Numbered from the whole stretch's first letter, positions 1 through 12,610 are shown. The stretch is 63,627 bases of DNA, filler included, from Octopus bimaculoides (GCF_001194135.2; 5 parts of 4 records of this genome joined end to end with filler, not necessarily neighbours in it), one strand, 5' to 3'. Numbers and translations: made by a program. Notes: generated from the letters alone by a model not told the origin.

Positions 1-49
1 TCTTCCTTCCTTCCTTCCTTCCTTCCTTCCTTCCTTCCTTCCTTCCTTC

Positions 50-108
<59 letters not shown>

Positions 109-135
109 TTTACTCTCTCTTTCTTTCTTTCTTCA

Positions 136-198
<63 letters not shown>

Positions 199-200
199 TC
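1..200. repeat. (TTCC)n/(TTTC)n microsatellite
   Basis: Direct reading of tetranucleotide arrays. Confidence 0.98.
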
Positions 201-362
201 GTCGTTTCATTCTTCACTATTCCATTTATATAACTGGGGCCCACACCATCACCCTACAAAGCTACTACACGACCGCAACAACAATCATTACCACAAAAAA
301 CAAAAAACAAAAAAGAAACAGTCACTGCAAGCAAAACCCAAACTACATCATTGCATCTAAGG

Positions 363-407
363 ACAATCATCATCATCATCCTCACCATTAGGCCACAACC
401 ATCGCTG

Positions 408-455
<48 letters not shown>

Positions 456-478
456 TCACCATCAAAACCACCACCACC

Positions 479-538
<60 letters not shown>
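363..538. repeat. Compound (CAT)n/(CTA)n/(CAC)n trinucleotide microsatellite running into a gap
   Basis: Direct reading. Confidence 0.97.
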
Positions 539-1587
539 NNNNNNNNNNNNNNNNNNNNNNNNNNNNNNNNNNNNNNNNNNNNNNNNNNNNNNNNNNNNNN
601 NNNNNNNNNNNNNNNNNNNNNNNNNNNNNNNNNNNNNNNNNNNNNNNNNNNNNNNNNNNNNNNNNNNNNNNNNNNNNNNNNNNNNNNNNNNNNNNNNNNN
701 NNNNNNNNNNNNNNNNNNNNNNNNNNNNNNNNNNNNNNNNNNNNNNNNNNNNNNNNNNNNNNNNNNNNNNNNNNNNNNNNNNNNNNNNNNNNNNNNNNNN
801 NNNNNNNNNNNNNNNNNNNNNNNNNNNNNNNNNNNNNNNNNNNNNNNNNNNNNNNNNNNNNNNNNNNNNNNNNNNNNNNNNNNNNNNNNNNNNNNNNNNN
901 NNNNNNNNNNNNNNNNNNNNNNNNNNNNNNNNNNNNNNNNNNNNNNNNNNNNNNNNNNNNNNNNNNNNNNNNNNNNNNNNNNNNNNNNNNNNNNNNNNNN
1001 NNNNNNNNNNNNNNNNNNNNNNNNNNNNNNNNNNNNNNNNNNNNNNNNNNNNNNNNNNNNNNNNNNNNNNNNNNNNNNNNNNNNNNNNNNNNNNNNNNNN
1101 NNNNNNNNNNNNNNNNNNNNNNNNNNNNNNNNNNNNNNNNNNNNNNNNNNNNNNNNNNNNNNNNNNNNNNNNNNNNNNNNNNNNNNNNNNNNNNNNNNNN
1201 NNNNNNNNNNNNNNNNNNNNNNNNNNNNNNNNNNNNNNNNNNNNNNNNNNNNNNNNNNNNNNNNNNNNNNNNNNNNNNNNNNNNNNNNNNNNNNNNNNNN
1301 NNNNNNNNNNNNNNNNNNNNNNNNNNNNNNNNNNNNNNNNNNNNNNNNNNNNNNNNNNNNNNNNNNNNNNNNNNNNNNNNNNNNNNNNNNNNNNNNNNNN
1401 NNNNNNNNNACACACACACAAACACATACACACAAACACGATTATAATTCAAACAGCAAAATAAATTTTATGTTTTGAGAAATGAGAATGTTCTAATCAC
1501 ATAACCCCCCCCCCAAAAAAAAAAACCAAAAATAGAATAAAATAAAACAGAACAACTTTTACTGTTTGAATTATTTTTATTCGTCAA

Positions 1588-1722
1588 CGCGTCGAGCAAA
1601 ATGATCGCCAGTATTTCTTCCAGGTTTTTACGTTCTGAGTTCAAATCTCACCGAAATTAATTTTGCCTTTCTTCCGTTCAGGAGCGATAAAATAACGTAC
1701 CTGTCAAGTGCTGGGGTCGAAT
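1588..1722 (+). mobile_element. Degenerate tRNA-derived SINE, head type 4 (GGCGGCGAGCTGGCAGAATCGTTAGCA family)
   Basis: B-box-like GAGTTCAAATCTC plus body matching 13676-13840 and 56529-56647. Confidence 0.6.
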
Positions 1723-1944
1723 TTTAGCTTGTAAAGCTTTAGCCTATAATAGGTAATAAAGGCCAAATGTTTCTATGTTGTTATCTGTAAATTAGTACCA
1801 CACGAGTGGCAACGTAGCAAGTGTTCGAACAGGTGCAGGCAGCTAAAGCACTTACACACAAATTTGTTTGATAATTCTTTAAAAACATGCATCTGCTATC
1901 TACTTAAACACAAACACACACCCGTACAAATATGCACACATGCA

Positions 1945-2321
1945 TGTTGGCACTCTGTCGCTTACGACGTCGAGGGTTCCAGTTGATCCGATCAACGGAA
2001 CAGTCTGCTCGTGAAATTAACGTGCAAGTGGCTGAGCACTCCACGGACATGTGTACCCTTAACGTAGTTCTCGGGGATATTCAGCGTGACACAGTGTGAC
2101 AAGGTTGACCATTTGAATTACAGGCACAGCAGAAACAGAAAGTAAGAGTGAGAGAAACTTGTGGTAAAAGAGTACAGCAGGGTTCGCCACCATCTCCTGC
2201 CGGAGCCTCTTGGAGCTTTAGGTGTTTTCGCTCAATAAACACTCACAACGCCCGGTCTGGAAATCGAAACCGCGATCCTATGACCGCGAGTCTGCTGCCC
2301 TAACCACTGGACCATTGCGCC
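1945..2321 (-). mobile_element. tRNA-derived SINE, head type 1 + tail X
   Basis: Reverse strand begins GGCGCAATGGTCCAGTGGTTAGGGCAGC...GGTTTCGATTTCC (A and B boxes); near-identical copy at 2660-3038. Confidence 0.9.
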
Positions 2322-2659
2322 GCGGACACACATGCATACATCATATGTATAATACAGTTCTGTATAGAAGACACTTGATAGTGCCCAAAAGATTCAAACT
2401 CAGACTGCAATGTCTTTACAAGGGATCACTCCGTAAGGTAAAGGAAGGTTATAAGATGGGTCAGGTTGAACAAGTAGAGAAACAATCATTGAGATAAGCA
2501 AATTAGACACAACCTGTATATTAAATATATCAAGTATATCAAATATGTATGTCTAATTTGCTTATCTCAATAATTGCTTCTGTACCTGCTCAACCTGATC
2601 CCTCATATGTATAATATATACACATATATGTATGCATACATGACATGTGAGTACATGTA

Positions 2660-3038
2660 TGTTGGCACTCCGCCGGTTACGACGACGAGGGTTCCAGTTG
2701 ATCCGGTCAACGGAACAGCCTGCTCATGAAATTAACGTGCAAGTGGCTGAGCACTCCACAGACACGTGTACCCTTAACGTAGTTCTCGGGGATATTCAGC
2801 GTGACACAGTATGACAAGGCTGTCCCTTTGAAATACAGGTACCACAGAAACAGGAAGAAAGAGTGAGAAAAAGTTGTGGTGAAAGAGTACAGCAGGGTTC
2901 GCCACCATCCCCTGCCGGAGCCTCGTGGAACTTTAGGCGTTTTCGCTCAATAAACACTCACAACGCCCGGTCTGGGAATCGAAACCGCGATCCTACGACA
3001 GCGAGTCCGCTGCCCTAAACCACTGGGCCATTGTGCCT
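2660..3038 (-). mobile_element. tRNA-derived SINE, head type 1 + tail X (second copy)
   Basis: Full-length alignment to 1945-2321 by eye. Confidence 0.9.
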
Positions 3039-3603
3039 CCACGAGTACATATATACAACATGCATAAAGTTACCAAATGGTCATTGTTTAAACTATAGTG
3101 TCAATGTTCCTGCCATGTTTCTGCCATGTTTCTGGAGTGGAAACCGACTGTTCGTCAATTCGAAGGAAATTTTAGAAAATATAACCAGAAAATATAACAA
3201 CAAAAACATTCGCACACTCTCACATGAATCGGCAAACATACAAAGAAACATACGAATGTTGATGCATATAAATTTCATGCTGTACTGCAGAATATATCTA
3301 TAAATTTAGCTAACACTGTCACGGACAAATGTAAATGAAAGACGAAAGATGGAATATACAAGAATTTTTATTAATCACGACAATTATTTCGACACATCTA
3401 ACATCGATCCCTCACGAGTGGAACACTTAACAACTGGTCCAGAAGTATCCAGCGATGCAGATGTGTCTCATCGGGTGATAAATAGGTATAACTCGATCTT
3501 ATTTCGTGGAAAGAAAAGCAGCAAAACAAAGGATATACCTTCTTTTATATAGAAGATCAAAAATAAAATCACAGCTGCAAAAAAGAAACAGACACGCAAC
3601 ACA

Positions 3604-3763
3604 TACGACGGGATTCTTTCAGTTTCCGTCTATTAGATTCACTCACACGGCTTTGGCCGAACCGAAGCTATAATAGAAGACACCTGCTCAAGGAGTCAGG
3701 CTGTGGGAGTGAAACTGGAACCATGTGGTTGGCAAGCAAACTTCTAAACGCATAGTCACGCCT
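3604..3763 (-). mobile_element. tRNA-derived SINE, head type 3 (GGCGTGGCTGTGTGGTAAG family), 5' part
   Basis: Similar to 10500-10668 and 33171-33330. Confidence 0.75.
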
Positions 3764-3868
3764 ACATACATACATACATACATACATACATACGTACATA
3801 CATACATACATACATACAAATATACATACATTCATACACATACATATATACATACATATATATATGCA

Positions 3869-3904
<36 letters not shown>

Positions 3905-3939
3905 CACATATATATACATATATATATATACATATATAC

Positions 3940-3970
<31 letters not shown>

Positions 3971-4205
3971 TGTGTATATATACATACATATATNNNNNNN
4001 NNNNNNNNNNNNNNNNNNNNNNNNNNNNNNNNNNNNNNNNNNNNNNNNNNNNNNNNNNNNNNNNNNNNNNNNNNNNNNNNNNNNNNNNNNNNNNNNNNNN
4101 NNNNNNNNNNNNNNNNNNNNNNNNNNNNNNNNNNNNNNNNNNNNNNNNNNNNNNNNNNNNNNNNNNNNNNNNNNNNNNNNNNNNNNNNNNNNNNNNNNNN
4201 NNNNN

Positions 4206-4239
<34 letters not shown>

Positions 4240-4274
4240 GCATATATATATGCATACATATATGCATATATATC

Positions 4275-4530
4275 ATCGTGTCGACTAGGCTATTGGACCT
4301 TGCTAAACACTGCTGGTCACAATACGCTTCTTCACATTGGTGTAGCTATCAAATCATGGCAACACGCAGATTGCAGGTAGGTCTATAAGTAACCGAGGTC
4401 ACAATACTTGTCGTAAACTGGACGCCAGTCTGTCGACGAGTAATTCACTTACAGCTGAGTTTTGTTGATCGGCCCAGTTCAGGAATTGAGACCACAATCT
4501 TGCAACCCCGAGTGCAATGCGTTAACCCCA
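4275..4530 (-). mobile_element. Old SINE-like element
   Basis: Reverse strand has a degenerate tRNA-like head (GGTTAACGCATTGCACTCGG...GGTCTCAATTCC) and the CTCAGCTGTAA motif. Confidence 0.4.
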
Positions 4531-5199
4531 ACTATTAAGACACTTATGTGAGAAGCTTATAAATGAAGTCAATCGAAAGAAAATGAGCAGGCAGATAAAT
4601 GCGACTTAACACTCCTTTAACAATAGAATAGTCATTAATTAAAATCCAGAAAGACATGAAAAGGAAAATAAGTATTTGTATAAGCAAGTCATTTGAGCTA
4701 AGTCGGTGTCAACGGAAGAAACTGTATTTTACATCAACGATATTTTATCAGAAAACTTTATTCTAAATCAGTTGTAAGCGATACTGGTGTGTGTTTTGGT
4801 GTGTAATATCATAGATCATGTTTTAATTTAAGTGTAATTCAAGCTTAAGCATGGACAAAGGTTATGAAGATATTTTCTGCTCGAATGAAACCTGCATTTA
4901 ACCAGAAAAACAAGAACGACAACAGCAGTATGTGTGTGAGTGTACGTGTGTGTGTATGTGTTTGTGTGCGCGCGTGATTGTTGGTTAACCCTAAGAGGAC
5001 TCTAATAGATGTGACCTGCAATACAAAAGGCTTCTACTCAATGGTAACTTGTATTGTTTTGAAGTTTTAATATACTCCAGATTGTATTCGCACTATTTAC
5101 GTTTTTTATGCTGCGTAGCTATTATATCGTGACAATGTTTCCGTTTGTGATGACCACCGCCAGCACCCGATTTTGTTAGGTTTAAAAAAAGGGTTAAAA

Positions 5200-5515
5200 C
5201 CCTTTTTTTAAACCTAACAAAACTCTCAACTCTCATGCATCCTTATTTTTCCTACCAATTTATACATGAACTACTATTGAACTACAAAAGCTCAAAGACA
5301 ATATAATGTATGGGTATATTTATATTTTTTTAATATATTATTGTTTTATATATTATTTTCTTCATTTTGTACTTTTTTGTACTTCTTTGTAAAAAACCAT
5401 TTTCATTCTCCTTCTTCTTGATAATTTGCTTCAACGCAATGAAAACCGGTTAGAAAAAATCTTTATTAAATTATGCTCCCAGTTCAGCATTCTGGCTTTT
5501 TTTTCATTTTCCTAT
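5200..5515 (+). mobile_element. Penelope pseudo-LTR-like relic with hammerhead-like motif at 5412-5458
   Basis: T-rich tract then TTGATAA-T-TTGC/GCAA-T-GAAA-ACCGGT-TA; assignment to Penelope-like elements is inference. Confidence 0.35.
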
Positions 5516-6389
5516 NNNNNNNNNNNNNNNNNNNNNNNNNNNNNNNNNNNNNNNNNNNNNNNNNNNNNNNNNNNNNNNNNNNNNNNNNNNNNNNNNNNNN
5601 NNNNNNNNNNNNNNNNNNNNNNNNNNNNNNNNNNNNNNNNNNNNNNNNNNNNNNNNNNNNNNNNNNNNNNNNNNNNNNNNNNNNNNNNNNNNNNNNNNNN
5701 NNNNNNNNNNNNNNNNNNNNNNNNNNNNNNNNNNNNNNNNNNNNNNNNNNNNNNNNNNNNNNNNNNNNNNNNNNNNNNNNNNNNNNNNNNNNNNNNNNNN
5801 NNNNNNNNNNNNNNNNNNNNNNNNNNNNNNNNNNNNNNNNNNNNNNNNNNNNNNNNNNNNNNNNNNNNNNNNNNNNNNNNNNNNNNNNNNNNNNNNNNNN
5901 NNNNNNNNNNNNNNNNNNNNNNNNNNNNNNNNNNNNNNNNNNNNNNNNNNNNNNNNNNNNNNNNNNNNNNNNNNNNNNNNNNNNNNNNNNNNNNNNNNNN
6001 NNNNNNNNNNNNNNNNNNNNNNNNNNNNNNNNNNNNNNNNNNNNNNNNNNNNNNNNNNNNNNNNNNNNNNNNNNNNNNNNNNNNNNNNNNNNNNNNNNNN
6101 NNNNNNNNNNNNNNNNNNNNNNNNNNNNNNNNNNNNNNNNNNNNNNNNNNNNNNNNNNNNNNNNNNNNNNNNNNNNNNNNNNNNNNNNNNNNNNNNNNNN
6201 NNNNNNNNNNNNNNNNNNNNNNNNNNNNNNNNNNNNNNNNNNNNNNNNNNNNNNNNNNNNNNNNNNNNNNNNNNNNNNNNNNNNNNNNNNNNNNNNNNNN
6301 NNNNNNNNNNNNNNNNNNNNNNNNNNNNNNNNNNNNNNNNNNNNNNNNNNNNNNNNNNNNNNNNNNNNNNNNNNNNNNNNNNNNNNNNN

Positions 6390-6439
<50 letters not shown>

Positions 6440-6460
6440 TACACACACACACACACACAC

Positions 6461-7196
6461 ACGAGGCCTGATCAATAAGTATCCGGACTGTTGCCGTAGT
6501 ATCGAAGCTAAATAATGCAGAGTAAAGTCGCTTGGTACAGTTTGTCCTTAAACTCTGCCGTACACGTGCACTAAGTTATAACGGTCTAGCTCATTTCCGC
6601 TGTTTACAGCACTGCTTGAAAGGATGGTGTGTAGCTTATGATCGTCGCATTACCCACAACAGAGAAAGTTGTCATGGCGATACCTGACGAACGTTTTTGG
6701 AGACCCGCAACCAGCAGAACTGGGAAAAACATCGTAGATGTGCATGCAGCTGGTAGGGGAAATCGTCGAAGCACCAGTTTTCAGAGGATGTGCAGATTAG
6801 TTATGGTTCAGTTCAGTCCATTATCACTGAAGATATGGGTATAAGATGTGTGTCTACGAAGTTTATGCCAAAACTGCTTTCAGTTGACCAAAAGGACACA
6901 CAGGTTTCAGTTGCACAAGATCTCCTTCATTGTATCGAGAACGATGAAAACATTTTGAAAACTGTGGCCTCTGAGCAGGTATCGCTAAGGTTTTTAGCAA
7001 TATTTGATGCAGATTCTCTGCTCAACTTTCTCTGTCATAGTCAATGCGACGATCATACGCTCCTTCGAAGCACTGCTGTAAACAGTGAATGTGAACTAGA
7101 ACGTTAAAACATAGTGTGCATGCACAACAGAGTTCAAGGTCAATCTATGCCAAGCGGCTTTACCCTGCGTCTGGTTACTTATTGATCATCCCTCGA
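6461..7196 (+). mobile_element. Mariner relic with long (~225 bp) inverted ends
   Basis: ACGAGG..TCAATAAGTA terminus; translation EDVQISYGSVQSIITEDMGIRCVSTKFMPKLL (mariner HTH and WVPREL-like linker); 6975-7196 is an inverted 5' end encoding EQRICIKYC. Confidence 0.85.
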
Positions 7197-7749
7197 ATAT
7201 ATATATGTGTGTTTGTGTATGTATATATATATATATATATATATNNNNNNNNNNNNNNNNNNNNNNNNNNNNNNNNNNNNNNNNNNNNNNNNNNNNNNNN
7301 NNNNNNNNNNNNNNNNNNNNNNNNNNNNNNNNNNNNNNNNNNNNNNNNNNNNNNNNNNNNNNNNNNNNNNNNNNNNNNNNNNNNNNNNNNNNNNNNNNNN
7401 NNNNNNNNNNNNNNNNNNNNNNNNNNNNNNNNNNNNNNNNNNNNNNNNNNNNNNNNNNNNNNNNNNNNNNNNNNNNNNNNNNNNNNNNNNNNNNNNNNNN
7501 NNNNNNNNNNNNNNNNNNNNNNNNNNNNNNNNNNNNNNNNNNNNNNNNNNNNNNNNNNNNNNNNNNNNNNNNNNNNNNNNNNNNNNNNNNNNNNNNNNNN
7601 NNNNNNNNNNNNNNNNNNNNNNNNNNNNNNNNNNNNNNNNNNNNNNNNNNNNNNNNNNNNNNNNNNNNNNNNNNNNNNNNNNNNNNNNNNNNNNNNNNNN
7701 NNNNNNNNNNNNNNNNNNNNNNNNNNNNNATATATATATATATATATAA

Positions 7750-8270
7750 AATACAAAATGGGACAAGAATGCAAAACATCCAGATAGACAATATAAAGAA
7801 AACAAGGACGGGTCATTCGAAGTTTTCTTTCCTCAGTCTAGTTCCAGATTATTTTTGCAATTTCGGCTGGTTACACTCGAGATTGCTCCAATCTGGCCAG
7901 CCCCAAGGAAAAATTAAGCCAAGAGCGTTAGATTCGTTGGAAGAAAGTGACATCACCAACGGTTCAAAGAACATGAAATGCCTAAACAAACAAATTAAAT
8001 GCGAAAACAACGAGGAAAAAAAATGGAAAACAGGACAAGTAAACGCAGAGAGAGGACCCTTCATCAGTTGCGGGCTGTCTTTCTACTCCTCATTTCGAGC
8101 ATTAAACGACAATATGAGTCTTCAAAGACAGTTTCTCCCATAAATTCTAAAATAAAATTTAGGAATTATTGAGGGTCAAAGTTGGGAACAAAAACATGAC
8201 AGTAGAGACATACAAGATGTAACGAAAAACAAATATGGAGGGTCGTTTGACAAAGAACGAGATGAAAAAT
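7750..8270 (-). mobile_element. Penelope pLTR-like repeat relic with several degenerate hammerhead-like motifs
   Basis: Reverse strand has CTGATGAAG, CTGAGGAAAG and GGCTGG..CCAGCC-GAAA segments in T-rich context. Confidence 0.35.
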
Positions 8271-8284
8271 AATGAACCGATATG

Positions 8285-8323
<39 letters not shown>

Positions 8324-8499
8324 TATATAATATATATATTTAAATATTATACATAGACACATACAAATTTATGCATATATGTGAGTACAAATGTCTGTAT
8401 AACAATGTGTGTATATGTATATGCATATATCTATATTTATCTATCTACCTATCTATCTATCTACAATGTGTGAGTGTGTGTTTGTATGTAGGTGTTTCT

Positions 8500-8557
<58 letters not shown>

Positions 8558-8680
8558 CGCTCGCGCACACGCACACACACTACNNNNNNNNNNACACACA
8601 CACACACACTACGCTCGCGCACACGCACACACACTACGCTCGCGCACACGCACACACACTACGCTCGCGCACACGCACAC
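8500..8680. repeat. (CA)n followed by a CACACACTACGCTCGCGCACACGCA minisatellite (about 4 copies, gap inside)
   Basis: Direct reading. Confidence 0.9.
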
Positions 8681-9061
8681 AGATATGCATATAGACTGCA
8701 CACATTTACTGGGAATATTTTTAACGATTTCACTTTTCTGCAGTGACGCCATGCTATGTATAGCAAGGTCAACTAAGGAAATCTCGTCTGTGTTACAAAT
8801 AGAGACTTTCCTTGTTCAATTCAACCAATCACTTCAGCCTGTCGGTGCCGTCATCCTCTCGTAGAATTCTAGACGCTTGTTTCGCCCAGACTAAATTACA
8901 TGAAATCCAATCCTTTTTTTACATGAATATTAGCAAAACCATATCATTTTCGTCTCTCACATCCAGTTCAAAACAGACCAGTTTCTGTCTGTCTGAGTGT
9001 CTGTCTCTCTTCATATCCCTTTCCTACTCTCTCTCTTTCCTAGCTCTTTATCTACTTCTGT

Positions 9062-9096
<35 letters not shown>

Positions 9097-9754
9097 CTCG
9101 AAAACACATGCATTAATATAAATATATATGTGTGTACGTGTGTGTGTATATATGCATGTGTATATTTATACCTTTATATATATATATGTGTGTGTTTGTG
9201 CNNNNNNNNNNNNNNNNNNNNNNNNNNNNNNNNNNNNNNNNNNNNNNNNNNNNNNNNNNNNNNNNNNNNNNNNNNNNNNNNNNNNNNNNNNNNNNNNNNN
9301 NNNNNNNNNNNNNNNNNNNNNNNNNNNNNNNNNNNNNNNNNNNNNNNNNNNNNNNNNNNNNNNNNNNNNNNNNNNNNNNNNNNNNNNNNNNNNNNNNNNN
9401 NNNNNNNNNNNNNNNNNNNNNNNNNNNNNNNNNNNNNNNNNNNNNNNNNNNNNNNNNNNNNNNNNNNNNNNNNNNNNNNNNNNNNNNNNNNNNNNNNNNN
9501 NNNNNNNNNNNNNNNNNNNNNNNNNNNNNNNNNNNNNNNNNNNNNNNNNNNNNNNNNNNNNNNNNNNNNNNNNNNNNNNNNNNNNNNNNNNNNNNNNNNN
9601 NNNNNNNNNNNNNNNNNNNNNNNNNNNNNNNNNNNNNNNNNNNNNNNNNNNNNNNNNNNNNNNNNNNNNNNNNNNNNNNNNNNNNNNNNNNNNNNNNNNN
9701 NNNNNNNNNNNNNNNNNNNNNNNNNNNNNNNNNNNNNNNNNNNNNNNNNNNNNN

Positions 9755-9793
<39 letters not shown>

Positions 9794-10019
9794 CCGTATG
9801 GTCTTTTGGTTTAAAAAAAAAAATTTCTACATTGATATATATATATATATGTGAAAATCTATTCAATTTATGTTGTGAGATCAAAATACCTTATATCCAT
9901 ATTCTGAGTACATACATGCATACATAACTGCACACGCACGCGTGCCCACACACACATACATAGGTAATGGTAATATATTTGTATTAAATTACGTATCGGT
10001 TTAACTAATATGGATGTTG

Positions 10020-10150
10020 ATTTTCAAAATTTGGCACAAGGCCAGCAAGTTCAGGGAGGAGGAAGTCAATTACATCGACACCAGTGTACAACTGGTACTT
10101 ATTTTATCGACATGGCATAGTCAACCTCAGCAGAATTTTAAGAAACCCCT
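10020..10150 (-). mobile_element. SINE head-type-4 body and tail fragment
   Basis: Reverse complement of GTCGATAAAATAAGTACCAGTTG..TGGTGTCGATGTAATTGACT. Confidence 0.65.
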
Positions 10151-10269
10151 ACGGTAACGGAATGTTGTTACTAAAACATTATTCAATGTCATTTGCAAAA
10201 ATATGGACTCCACCCCACCAGAATTTACAAACTATACTCCTGCCATTGATAAGCAATACCCCTACATAT

Positions 10270-10668
10270 ACTCTTTTACTCTTTTACTTGTTTCAGTCAT
10301 TTGACTGTGACCATGCTGGAGCACCGCCTTTAGTCGAGCAAATCGACCTCAAGACTTATTCTTTGTAAGCCTAGTACTTATTCTATCGGTCTCTTTTGCC
10401 GAACCGCTAAGTTAAGGGGACGTAAACACACTAGCATCGGTTGTCAAGCGATGTTGGTGGGACAAACAAAGACACACAAGCATATATATATATATACATA
10501 TATACGACGGGCTTCTTTCAGTTTCCGTCTACCAAATCCACTCACAAGGCTTTGGTCGGCCCGAGACTATAGTAGAAGACACTTGCCCAAGATGCCACGC
10601 AGTGAGATTGAATCCGGAACCATGTGGTTGATAAGCAAGCTACTTACCACACAGCCACTCCTGCGCCT
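10270..10668 (-). mobile_element. Full-length SINE, head type 3 + CORE-like body + tail W
   Basis: Matches 33171-33567; body contains TTGGGCAAGTGTCTT, similar to the CORE motif CCTTGGGCAAG. Confidence 0.9.
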
Positions 10669-10677
10669 ATATACACA

Positions 10678-10815
10678 TATTACCACAAGAAATATTGGTA
10701 GAACATTCCTAACATGATATCTACCAAGTGCAAACGATAGCTAACTGGCCTGATATAGTTATTCAGGACGGAAAAGAAAATTGTGTATTTTCATAGCAGT
10801 ATCAGCTCTGAAGAT
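10678..10815 (+). pseudogene. Restriction-like endonuclease fragment of an RLE-type non-LTR retrotransposon (R4/HERO/NeSL-like)
   Basis: Reads YYHKKYW*NIPN then TIANWPDIVIQDGKENCVF, resembling the WYEH...NRPDIV..D motif; frameshifted. Confidence 0.5.
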
Positions 10816-11228
10816 GTGAAGACTTTTTTCAAAACTAACAAAAAGGAGATCTTTTTTATGGACATCTACATTTCCTATGCTGTTTAAAAATTCACATGTA
10901 TACACATAACTATTAGCAAATGTCTGTACGCCGACCTGGACAAGCTTAGGCTTTCGGGCAAAGATCAAGACCAGTAATATAAATATTCAAAATTTTCTGA
11001 ACTTCACCATGTAACGGTTAACATTCTTGCCATACAGATTCAAGAGATAAAGCTTTGTATTTTGTTAGAAACTAGCACCATTTTTCCTGAATGTATTTCA
11101 ATAAATAAAAGGCAGTGAAGACATACTTACATCTATATANNNNNNNNNNNNNNNNNNNNNNNNNNNNNNNNNNNNNATATATACGCATATATATATATAC
11201 GTACATGCAAGTGCATACATATTCAAGC

Positions 11229-11271
<43 letters not shown>

Positions 11272-12299
11272 ATTAAATATCGCAGTAGTTAGAATTGACT
11301 TAACACGAAACAACATGAGTAGCAACAACTTTGTAAGATAACCGGTACATGTAACACCTATCAAATCACTATAGCTGGAAAAAGACAAATCTGTGACACT
11401 ATTTAAAAGAACTGCCTAACTGAAAGCTCTTTTAAGAGTAGATTATAGCAGCATATAAACTCTTGCAAATAGCGATGACACAGAAATACAAGTAATTTAG
11501 GTGTGTATATGAATGCGTGTGTAGATGCATAAACGCATACTGAGTGGGATTATAGATATTAATGCATGAAGGTCAATTTGCCTTTCTCTCTGATGTTACG
11601 TTTGTGCCTTTTTTCTGTCATTCTCTCTCATTTTCTATGTATGTATAGATGTATATATGTATACACATACACACACATTGATGCATAGATAGGTAATAGA
11701 GAGAGAGAGGGTGAAAGAGAAAGTAGAATAAATGCTTGTAACAGTTAATATGCGTGTGTGTGTCTGTGTGTGTGTGCATGTATAACCACACACACACGCG
11801 CTCACACACACAGAGGGAAATACACACACTCACACACACATACACACACACACAGAGTTGCGTATATTTACATGTATCTGTATGTAAGAATGTATATCTG
11901 TGTATGCACAGCTGCACATAATCCTTGCACAACGCCAAATCCATAAAAATAATCAAATAACAACACAACAAGAAAATTAAACTATAAAACTATAAACTTA
12001 TAATAAACGAATCTTGTTCATACATATACACTCCATTATATACATGGCCCCACTTGTACACACGCATACACATAGACATACACATAGATATACACACATA
12101 TACGTACACAACCAGATTTTCAGATACGTACGCTTGAATGTGAATACGGCCAACTATTCCATATGCTTATACGCCTCGATCAGAAGAAACCACGTCTGGT
12201 GAGTTAGCTAGCCTCTGTGTGTTCAAAGGTCACTGAAGAAGATACATCATTTATCCAACTTGTCTGTGTATATAAAGCTGTGACTGACTCTATTGCATG

Positions 12300-12610
<311 letters not shown>

